A stretch of DNA of 9,467 nt from Octopus sinensis (GCF_006345805.1 NW_021827924.1:1-9467); one strand, 5' to 3'. Numbered from the stretch's first letter, positions 1 through 6,929 are shown. Translations and numbers: made by a program. Notes: a model not told the origin generated them from the sequence alone.

Positions 1-325
1 ATTTTCTCTATAAAGCCAAGAGAAAAAGATGTTTTATAAACACATTCTACCAGTATACGAAGTTTAAAATATTTTAGTTACCTAGAAATTATGTTAAAAA
101 CTGCCGTTCAAACCGAAAAGATCCCAGCATTTTACTGTTGACACCACGATTTCGAAAAATATATTGTCGATAAGGTTTCAAAATTGTGATGATTTTTGGT
201 TGAATCGACTACTAGTTTAGGCTCTTCGCGCTGTGAATTTAAACCCCATTGCTGCCAGCTTTTGATTTTCAATTCTCTGAGAGCGATAAACTTCTGCTCA
301 ACTTCGGAGATCGGTTGTTCATCTC

Positions 326-791
326 GGCGGCGAGCTGGCAGAAACGTTAGCACGCCGGGCGAACTGCTTAGGGGTATTACGTCCGCCGCTGCGTTCTGAG
401 TTCAAATTCCGCCGAGGTCGACTTTGCCTTTCATCCTTTCGGGGTCGATTAAATAAGTACCAGTTAAGCACTGGGGTCGATATAATCGACTTAATCCGTT
501 TGTCTGTCCTTGTTTGTCCTCTCTGTGTTTAGTCCCTTGTGGGTAGTAAAGAAATAGGCATTTCATCTGCCGCTATGTTCTGAGTTCAAATTCGGCTGAG
601 GTAAACTTTGCCTTTCATCCTTTCGGGGTCGTGAGTTCAAATTCGGCCGAGGTAAACTTTGCCTTTCATCCTTTCGGGGTCGATTAAATAAGTACCAGTT
701 AAGCACTGGGGTCGATATAATCGACTTAATCCGCTTGTCTGTCCTTGTTTGTCCCCTCTGTGTTTAGCCCTTTGTGGGTAGTAAAGAAATA
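326..791 (+). mobile_element. tRNA-derived SINE, composite: one full monomer plus two 5'-truncated internal repeats, inside a single 13-bp TSD
   Basis: Pol III A-box-like TGGCAGAAACG (336-346) and B-box-like GAGTTCAAATTCC (398-410). First monomer 326-557 is about 92% identical (18 mismatches in 233 nt, hand count) to the minus-strand copy at 7774-8006. GGTTGTTCATCTC is duplicated exactly at 313-325 and 792-804. 3' hairpin GTCGAT-ATA-ATCGAC at 476-490. Confidence 0.92.
581..682 (+). repeat. 51-bp tandem duplication inside the composite SINE
   Basis: 581-631 and 632-682 differ at 1 position (597 T vs 648 C). Both share variants (TTCGGC, GGTAAAC) absent from the first monomer (TTCCGC, GGTCGAC). 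Confidence 0.95.
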
Positions 792-1570
792 GGTTGTTCA
801 TCTCTCATTCTCTGTCTCGTGAATTCGGCTACATTACACAAATTTCTGACCAATTGTTGAACTCCAATAAGAAGCGAAATGATACAGCGAGTATATCACA
901 GTCACATCTTTCATACAAGAGTACCCAATACTGAAATAGATTAATACTACGAAAAACGGTTTTATCTGTTAATTCTTTAACCGCGCAATCAAATTTCCTG
1001 GTCATTTCCGTTAATTATCCACCAAAAGTAGAATTGAAACTAACTGCTTCTGCACTACTTTTTCAACATCTCCTATAGGTGTAGTTTTCATATCCACCAC
1101 GAACAGTAATTCATTCTTGCTCTGTAAAAATATTTTCGATGGAATATGTGATAAAAACTAAGAAAATCTGGAAAATCGTCGTTTGTAAAAAGTGTCACTT
1201 GGTCGAGATGGGGTGCCTCTGCTTTGCGCAGCATAAGGTGCGCCATTTAAAAAAAAAATTTATTTAAGCCGTGGCATAAAACCACTTTCTGCAGTTAACA
1301 GTAATAAAATCTTGAGCAGATATATCCAATTTCTGTGTTCAAAGGGTTATAAACGAAACGTCAATTATTATTGTCTTCTCTTTTACAATAATTAAGTGAA
1401 AGCTAGCTGTCTTATTGCCTGTGACAAAGTGATTTATATCCTGTCTATAAGTCGATGGCGTGTCTTTATATTAATAAAATCAAGCTGTCTTGTTTAGCAA
1501 CAACCTGGAGTAAGATATCATGTTCCTGCAGCATGTGTGTCCGTGTGCATGCTTTATTAAATACACACGC

Positions 1571-1601
1571 ATACATACATACATACATACATACATACAT
1601 A
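1571..1601. repeat. (ATAC)n microsatellite
   Basis: About 7.5 perfect ATAC units, directly visible. Confidence 0.95.
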
Positions 1602-1639
1602 ACCTACATATACATCCGTCCATACTTGCACGCGCACAC

Positions 1640-1795
1640 GTGTATATGGGGCAGACTTTCACACAGTTTTCGCCTACCACAAAACTTTGTTCAGGTCGAG
1701 TCTATAACAGAAGTTATTTTGCCCAAGATACCGAGTAGTAGAACTGAACCCAAAATTACGTGACGCAATGCGAGATTGTTAACCACACAGCCATG
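1640..1795 (-). mobile_element. Diverged tRNA-derived SINE with CORE-like motif (old copy)
   Basis: Minus strand: A-box TGGCTGTGTGG (1793-1783), B-box-like GGTTCAGTTC (1750-1741), then CORE-like TCTTGGGCAA (1728-1719), running into a TG/TATG-rich tract. The 3' boundary is approximate. Confidence 0.7.
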
Positions 1796-1799
1796 AATA

Positions 1800-1802
<3 letters not shown>

Positions 1803-1837
<35 letters not shown>

Positions 1838-1911
1838 TTTATCATAAGATATATATATATAATATATAATATATATATATATATCTTATGATAAAAGGCA
1901 TATATATATAT
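1803..1911. repeat. Interrupted (TA)n tract containing an inverted duplication of a 14/15-nt island
   Basis: GCCTTTATCATAAG (1835-1848) and its reverse complement with one extra base, CTTATGATAAAAGGC (1885-1899), separated and flanked by TA repeats. Confidence 0.9.
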
Positions 1912-2295
1912 AAAGTGTAGGTGGCATACCACCACTACCACCACGGTCACTACTATTACTACGACCAATGGTCTCTGCTACTACTGCTTTTACACCTAAT
2001 GGTCACTTTCACTATTACAGCCAACGATTCTAGTCAACGCACAAGACAGCCATCATGTCCCCCCACACAAAACACCACCACGTGGACTCTGTTGAGACTA
2101 GTAAGAAATAATTATGAACTTTTTTTTTATTACACTTAACTTTCAAAAATATATATTTTTGATAAGGTTCATTTTTTTTTCAAGAAGAACCCAAACATGT
2201 AAAATGTCTCAGAAAATTAAAATTTATCTTTATAGTGGCGTTTTCAAACTTCTTTTATATATATATATGTATATATATATATATTGCAGACTTGT

Positions 2296-2629
2296 TGACC
2301 CCCTTCGGTCACGACACTGACCATGGGATTGCACCTAGAAAGTTACCCTCCTAGTCACAAGTCTGGGCAAGGTGGTTTATGGAAGACCAGCAGTCGCCCA
2401 TGCATACCGGCCTCCCCTCTCCACGTCACCAGTGTTATCAAAGGGAAAGGCAAAGGGGCCGATACAGCTTGGCACCTGTGACGTCGCAACTCTTTTCTAC
2501 AGCTGAGTGAACTGGAGCAACATGAAATAAAGTGCCTTGCTCAAGAACACAACACGCAGCCCGGTCTGGGATTCGAGCTCACAACCTCGCGATCGTAAGC
2601 TCGACGCTCTAACCATTGAGCCATGCGCC
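2296..2629 (-). mobile_element. tRNA-derived (Arg-like head) CORE-type SINE, near full length
   Basis: Minus strand: GGCGCATGGCTCAATGG head with A-box (2623-2613), B-box-like GAGCTCGAATCC (2580-2569), CCCAGACCGG shared with the SINE at 4926, and CORE-like TTCTTGAGCAAGGCACTT (2547-2530) followed by TGCTCCAGTTCACTCAGCTGTAGAAA. May correspond to a described octopus tRNA-Arg SINE (OR-type); not verified. No clear TSD. Confidence 0.85.
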
Positions 2630-2636
2630 ATACATA

Positions 2637-2846
2637 CAGGGTGTCACAGAAGTCGCGCACCATTCTGGATTTCATAAAAAATAATTAAAGCATTTTATTT
2701 TATTATATTTTCTCGGCATGTCTTATTGTAGAGGGCGCTCGATTTGAGCATTTGTTACAATTAATTTCAATAAAGTGTTTTTGAAATCAATAAGGATGTA
2801 TTCTTTTATAAAAACCAGGATGGTGCGCAACTTCTGGGACAGCCCG
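2637..2846. mobile_element. Tc1/mariner-type MITE (210 bp)
   Basis: 32-bp TIRs: CAGGGTGTCACAGAAGTCGCGCACCATTCTGG (2637-2668) vs 2815-2846, with 5 mismatches. TA target duplication at 2635-2636 and 2847-2848. AT-rich non-coding interior. Confidence 0.92.
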
Positions 2847-2871
2847 TATATATATAGTCAATTCTATATAT

Positions 2872-3020
2872 AAAAACGGACAACATAAGGACACGCACAA
2901 GAAAGGAATTGACTTGACGCTCGGCGAAAGGAGAGAGTTTGACATTTCAAGCATAGCTCTTCGTCAGAAAGGAGAAAAGGAAAAGTCCAACGAAGGAAAA
3001 GAAATCGCCAACAGCACGCG
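2872..3020 (-). mobile_element. Hammerhead-bearing short cassette ending in (TA)n (PLE pseudo-LTR or retrozyme-like remnant)
   Basis: Minus strand: pyrimidine-rich leader, hammerhead core, CCGAGCGTCAA motif, then junction to TA repeats at about 2872. Same architecture as 3203-3374 and 6927-7054. The 5' boundary is approximate. Confidence 0.7.
2938..2970 (-). ncRNA. Minimal type I hammerhead ribozyme motif
   Basis: Minus strand: TTT-CTGACGA-A-GAGC(TAT)GCTT-GAAA-TGTC|AAA. Intact CUGANGA and GAAA, 4-bp stem II with one GU pair, GUC cleavage triplet, 3-bp stem I, loopless stem III. Confidence 0.7.
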
Positions 3021-3202
3021 TGTAGTTAAATTTCCGTGTATATGCTTTTATGTGTGTCATGGGGGTTATGGCACTTATGCATAGAATATAATTTCAAAAT
3101 TTCATAAAGATCCAATCAGTACTTTTGAGCTAGTTTTGGATCATAAAAGAAATGACTAAAATTTTGGAGTTAAGGCCCCCATTAGGGTGCAGCAATTTTT
3201 TT

Positions 3203-3370
3203 CCCTCTGTCTTCCCTTCTCGGGATCTTTCCTCCTCCTTTGTTTCCGACGAAGAGCTCCACTCGAAACGTTAAACCCTCCTTCTTCCCTTCTTTCCTGA
3301 GCGTCCAATAATACTATATTTGTTCCACGTCCTCGCGTTGCAGTGTTTTTTTGTGTTTTCTTGTTTGGAT

Positions 3371-3374
<4 letters not shown>
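3203..3374 (+). mobile_element. Hammerhead-bearing short cassette ending in (TA)n
   Basis: Pyrimidine-rich leader, hammerhead motif at 3242-3276, CTGAGCGTCCAATAATAC (about 3297-3314), then (TA)25 from 3375. The 5' boundary is approximate. Confidence 0.7.
3242..3276 (+). ncRNA. Minimal type I hammerhead-like motif (CCGACGA core variant)
   Basis: GTTT-CCGACGA-A-GAG(CTCCA)CTC-GAAA-CGTT|AAAC. 4-bp stem I, 3-bp stem II, palindromic ACGT stem III, GUU triplet. U4 is replaced by C. Confidence 0.6.

Positions 3375-3424
<50 letters not shown>
3375..3424. repeat. (TA)25 microsatellite
   Basis: 50 nt of perfect TA, directly visible. Confidence 0.97.
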
Positions 3425-3429
<5 letters not shown>

Positions 3430-3673
3430 AATATTAGGGAATAAATCCAAATTTACAGGAAAAAAATCAGATTTAGGATTAAATCCAATTTTATAGTAAA
3501 ATATTATATAATATTATTAGAGGCAAAACCACTATTTTGCAAAACAAACAAGGAAAGACTTAATCAATACATAAAATTTTAATAAAAAGTCAAAAAAACC
3601 GCCACTACAATTGTTTCTTGTCTTGATCGACAATCTTCAGGTGGACTTCCAATAAGTCAGTTTCAAATTATGA
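3425..3673 (-). mobile_element. Hammerhead-containing element terminus (probable PLE pseudo-LTR), long arm, 3' end joined to (TA)n
   Basis: Minus strand runs from the palindrome centre through a perfect hammerhead (3644-3602) and about 180 nt of AT-rich tail into (TA)25. Confidence 0.72.
3602..3644 (-). ncRNA. Type I hammerhead ribozyme (complete), mirror copy
   Basis: Exact reverse complement of 3705-3747. Predicted cleavage between 3606 and 3605 on the minus strand. Confidence 0.88.
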
Positions 3674-3704
3674 AGTCATAATTTGAAACTGACTTATTGG
3701 AAGT

Positions 3705-3747
3705 CCACCTGAAGATTGTCGATCAAGACAAGAAACAATTGTAGTGG
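3705..3747 (+). ncRNA. Type I hammerhead ribozyme (complete)
   Basis: CCAC-CTGAAGA-TTGTC(GATCAA)GACAA-GAAA-C(AATT)G-TA|GTGG. All core nucleotides are present. Stem I CCAC/GTGG, perfect 5-bp stem II, stem III within the self-complementary ACAATTGT, GUA cleavage triplet (cut after 3743). Confidence 0.88.
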
Positions 3748-3832
3748 CGGTTTTTTTGACTTTTTATTAAAATTTTATGTATTGATTAAGTCTTTCCTTG
3801 TTTGTTTTGCAAAATAGTGGTTTTGTCTCTAA

Positions 3833-3837
<5 letters not shown>

Positions 3838-3876
<39 letters not shown>

Positions 3877-3884
3877 TATATATA

Positions 3885-3938
<54 letters not shown>
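3838..3938. repeat. Interrupted (TA)n tract
   Basis: About 100 nt of TA with several TT interruptions. Confidence 0.95.
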
Positions 3939-3940
<2 letters not shown>

Positions 3941-4034
3941 TGGTCGTGATGGTGGCGGCTACAGTGGTGATGATTTTTGCGGTTGTTTATCTTTGCTTAT
4001 TTCTTTGCCATCCTCTGTCACCTCACCTCAGACA
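3937..4034 (+). repeat. Dispersed ~95-bp repeat, copy 1 (partner at 6475-6568)
   Basis: Both copies start ATGGTGGTCGTGATGGTGG, share GGTTGTTTATCTTTG and end TCACCTCAGACA. Roughly 80% identity by hand alignment. Confidence 0.8.
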
Positions 4035-4042
4035 CGATGCTC

Positions 4043-4182
4043 AACTGGCAATTATTTTATCGACCTTGAAAGGATAAAAGGAAAAGTCGACCTCGGCAGA
4101 GTTTGAACTCAGAACGTAAAGACAGACGAGATTCCCTAAGCATTTTTGCCCGGCGTGCAAATGACTCTACCAGATCGCTGCC
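4043..4182 (-). mobile_element. Older, 3'-truncated copy of the SINE family at 326 and 7776
   Basis: Minus strand reads GGCAGCGATCTGGTAGAG...GCACGCCGGGCAAAAATGCTTAGG...ACGTTCTGAGTTCAAACTCTGCCGAGGTCGACTTTTCCTTTTATCCTTTCAAGGTCGATAAAATAATTGCCAGTT. It is colinear with 326-465 but more diverged. Confidence 0.85.
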
Positions 4183-4337
4183 ATAATTCATAAAATACTG
4201 AGGTGATATTTCCTTCGACAACCCCTTGATTAGTATTTAATTATCCATCATCCCTAATACCCTCTCGCAACCCGCCAGTGTCATGAGACCAAGCAAAATA
4301 TATGAATAAAGAAACAAATAAAAAATACATAAAAAGA

Positions 4338-4361
4338 TAAATAAATAAATAAATAAATAAA
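4338..4361. repeat. (TAAA)6 microsatellite
   Basis: Directly visible. Confidence 0.9.
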
Positions 4362-4459
4362 CGGAGGGGAGAGGGTACTGGCCATCATTTGCTGACTAAG
4401 CTAAGTTCTAAGAAAGAAAGAAAAAAGAAATAGGTTAGCAACTTCTTAAGTCTTTCCAG

Positions 4460-4504
4460 AAATGATGGAGATGAAGATACAATTATGGCGAAGCTTAATA
4501 AAAA
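4460..4504 (+). other. Candidate 45-nt internal micro-exon of an unidentified host gene
   Basis: Acceptor-like CTTCTTAAGTCTTTCCAG| and donor-like |GTATGT. Length is divisible by 3 and two frames are open (NDGDEDTIMAKLNK or MMEMKIQLWRSLIK). It lies in non-repetitive sequence. No homology recognised. Confidence 0.25.
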
Positions 4505-4925
4505 GTATGTTTTTGATTATTCTTAAAAATTTTAAACCCACTGAAATTAAAGGAATGTAAGTGAGGTGTTGTGGGAGATTAAAAATAATTAAGAAATAGG
4601 TTTTCATGACTTAATTACCGGCAATTAAATTAATTAAATGTATTCAGGTTCTCTTTTCTGTTTATGGACTTCTTAAATGAGTATCAAATTTGTTAGGGTA
4701 TTATATAAAAAGCGTTATATTTCCTAATATGTGAGTAATCTGTAAATGTATGACGCTTCTGTCGTGGTGGTCACAGTTGGAGCGTCCTTCATCATAGTTC
4801 TGCTGAATCGAGATTGAGCTGGAGATAAAACAACATCGGTTCCCAAAATTGACTACTCTCCCGACAACTGAGCTCTCCCCACCTTATTCTCAGTATCTCC
4901 CACCAAACCATGACCACCAACACCA

Positions 4926-5301
4926 GTGGAGGTGCAATGGCCCAGTGGTTAGGGCAGCGGACTCGCGGTCGGAGGATCGTGGTTTCGATTCCCAGACCGG
5001 CCGTTGTGTGTGTTTATTGAGCGAAAACACCTAAAGCTCCACGATGCTCCGGCAGGGGTGGGGGGGGGGGCTACCCCTGTTGTACTCTTTCGCTCCAACT
5101 TTCTCTCACTCTTTCTTCCTGTTTCTTGTCCCCGACTTCCTACGCAACCGCTGAGCCTGGATGCACATTCATCCATCCGTCGATGCTCTTGGTGTCGGGG
5201 GTTGGCTTGCTTTCTCTTCTGCGGGTCTTACAAATAGCAAAGGACCACGTTTCGGACTTCTCCCACTGGGACGAAGACCGCTTCGCTCAACAAACCAACA
5301 A
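4926..5301 (+). mobile_element. Full-length tRNA-derived (Arg-like head) SINE with 13-bp TSD
   Basis: A-box TGGCCCAGTGG (4938-4948), B-box GGTTTCGATTCC (4981-4992), CCCAGACCGG, and a 3' tail of AAC/AAACC repeats (about 5289-5301). ACCACCAACACCA is duplicated at 4913-4925 and 5302-5314. Confidence 0.9.
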
Positions 5302-5465
5302 ACCACCAACACCACCACAACTATCACAGTCAACTCCGCCATTATTGCTACCACCATCGCCACCGCCGTCGCCACCACCATCACCATCACGATCACCACG
5401 ATTGTCATAAGCACTCTGTCTCTCTCTCTTTCCTCATAATGATAAAGTGAAATATGCCGAAACAC

Positions 5466-5780
5466 ATAAACTGAGAAAGGAAGAGGAGAAAGAAGGAGTA
5501 GAAGGAAGAGGGGAGAGAGAGAAAGGAAGGTGGGGGAGAGAGAGAGAGAAAGGAAGCTGGGGGAGAGAGAGGAAGGGGGAAAGAGAGAGATTACAATTTA
5601 TTAATTGAACACGAATGATAAGCCCTTTCTCTCTTCTCTTACACACAAAAGAGAAATATACTCAGAGAGGAGGGAGAGAGAGAGAGAGAGACAGAGAGAC
5701 AGACAGACAGAAAGACAGACAGAGAGAAAGAATGAAAGGAGGAGAAAGAAGGAGAGAAATAAAAAAAGAGAAAACGAGAG
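5466..5780. repeat. Purine-rich (GA)n/(GACA)n compound low-complexity tract
   Basis: GA and GACA runs directly visible. Boundaries are approximate. Confidence 0.9.
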
Positions 5781-6099
5781 AAACATTAAAACGTTCCAAC
5801 TGTGACCATCACGATGTCAAATAAGACAGCCTTGAACCAATGACGCCAAATAAGGGCCACCTAACAGCTGCGCCGAAACGTTTCAAATCCTGCTCTAACA
5901 TACCACAGGGATTTCGAAATTCCTTTGTCACGTGGTTACTTCATCAGTCATAGTTTGACATCTGTCATAGCATGTGTTCTTTCTATGACGTTTACAGATC
6001 GTATCGGAGAAAACCCCTATAATGACATATGTCCGACCCTTCCCGTCCCCTAATCATGTTTATCATTTCATATAATCTTCTTTTAATTTTAGTTCGTTT

Positions 6100-6463
6100 T
6101 TATTGCTGTTATTGCTGTTGTTGTTGTTGCTGTGTTGTTCTCTTCTTCTTCTTCTTCTTCTTATTTCTTCTTAGTCTTGTCTTTCGTCTTCTTCTTATTC
6201 TTGTCTTTATTCTTCTTCTTCTTGTCTTATTCTTCTTATTCTGCTTTCTTCTTATTATTCTTCTTGTCTTTCTTATTCTTCTTCTTGTCTTCTTCTTATT
6301 ATTATTCTTGTCTGTCTTCTTATTCTTGTTCTTCTGCTTCTTATTTTTCGTTTTCGTCTTCTTCTCTTCTTCTTCTTTCTTCTTCTTCCTTCTTCTGTCT
6401 TTCTTCTTCTTCTTCTTCTTCTTCTTCTTCTTCTTCTTCTTCTTCTCCTCCTCCTTCTCCTCC
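6100..6463. repeat. Degenerate (CTT)n/(GTT)n/TTCTTA trinucleotide tract
   Basis: About 360 nt, pyrimidine-rich, with near-pure TCT repeats at about 6400-6446. Confidence 0.93.
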
Positions 6464-6474
6464 TTGAAGTTGTT

Positions 6475-6568
6475 ATGGTGGTCGTGATGGTGGTGGCCTG
6501 CAGTGGTGGTGATTTCTGAGGTTGTTTATCTTTGTTTGCCTCTTCTCCATCCTCTCTCACCTCAGACA
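6475..6568 (+). repeat. Dispersed ~95-bp repeat, copy 2 (partner at 3937-4034)
   Basis: Colinear with copy 1 over its full length. Confidence 0.8.
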
Positions 6569-6741
6569 AGACGAAAAGTTAGTGTAGTAAAGTTGATTGT
6601 CGGAATTTCTGCGGCATACACACACAAACACAAACACACACACAGCCACGCACACACACAAACATACATACGTATACACATATATACGTACATACATATA
6701 TTTCTCTTCTTTCCATTGTCTTTCCTCTTTTTCTTAGTTGT

Positions 6742-6865
6742 ATGATGAAGGACTATCACCCGAAACATTAAAGAACCTTCAGTCTCAAGTGTTATGCTAA
6801 TTAGATCGGAGTTAAAACTTAAACTTCCCCTCATGTTGCTCTTTTTTCCTGGTTTTGTTTATTCG

Positions 6866-6868
<3 letters not shown>
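6742..6868 (+). mobile_element. Degenerate hammerhead-like motif plus ~100-nt tail ending at (TA)29
   Basis: ATGATGA-A-GGA(CTATCA)CCC-GAAA-CATT (6742-6769): C3 replaced by A, one stem II mismatch. Spacing to (TA)n matches the other cassettes, but the tail sequence is different. Confidence 0.4.

Positions 6869-6926
<58 letters not shown>
6869..6926. repeat. (TA)29 microsatellite
   Basis: 58 nt of perfect TA. Confidence 0.97.

Positions 6927-6929
<3 letters not shown>

Larger units (their letters stand above)
3505..3844. repeat. 340-bp near-perfect palindrome (169-bp arms, 2-nt loop)
   Basis: 3505-3673 is the reverse complement of 3676-3844 with a single mismatch (3523 G / 3826 T) and no indels. 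The loop is AG (3674-3675). Checked base by base. Confidence 0.97.

Noticed and set aside
398-791. CRISPR-like or satellite array
   Set aside because: The repeats are overlapping SINE-internal duplications without unique spacers, in a eukaryotic context with no cas genes.
1330-1350. piggyBac-like right end (GTGTTCAAAGGG|TTAT)
   Set aside because: The target site is TTAT rather than TTAA, no left TIR lies in the window and no transposase motif was recognised. It is possible but unsupported.
3055-3185. MITE bounded by ATGGGGG / CCCCCAT
   Set aside because: A 7-bp inverted match without a TSD is within chance expectation.
4770-4800. Hammerhead-like ATGATGA-A-GGA(CGC)TCC on the minus strand
   Set aside because: GAAA is missing, C3 is mutated and there is no TA-anchored tail. 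It is too degenerate to support.
4928-5000. tRNA gene
   Set aside because: A and B boxes are present, but the acceptor and anticodon stems do not pair cleanly. The sequence continues into a 300-nt body with a tail and TSD, so it is a SINE head. The same applies to 2560-2629.
5051-5070. Functional G-quadruplex (also the G13 run at 8814-8826)
   Set aside because: These are simple homopolymer expansions inside repeats, with uncertain length in assemblies and no evidence of function.
5240-5275. GGA(GAAG)TCC-GAAACGTG on the minus strand near the SINE 3' end
   Set aside because: There is no CUGANGA upstream and the cleavage position would be G, violating the NUH rule.
5860-5947. Additional hammerheads (CTGATGA on minus at 5947-5941 with GAAA at 5915-5912; GCCGAAACGTT on plus near 5867-5883)
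   Set aside because: The minus motif has no pairable stem II and no NUH/stem I. The plus motif lacks a CUGANGA box.
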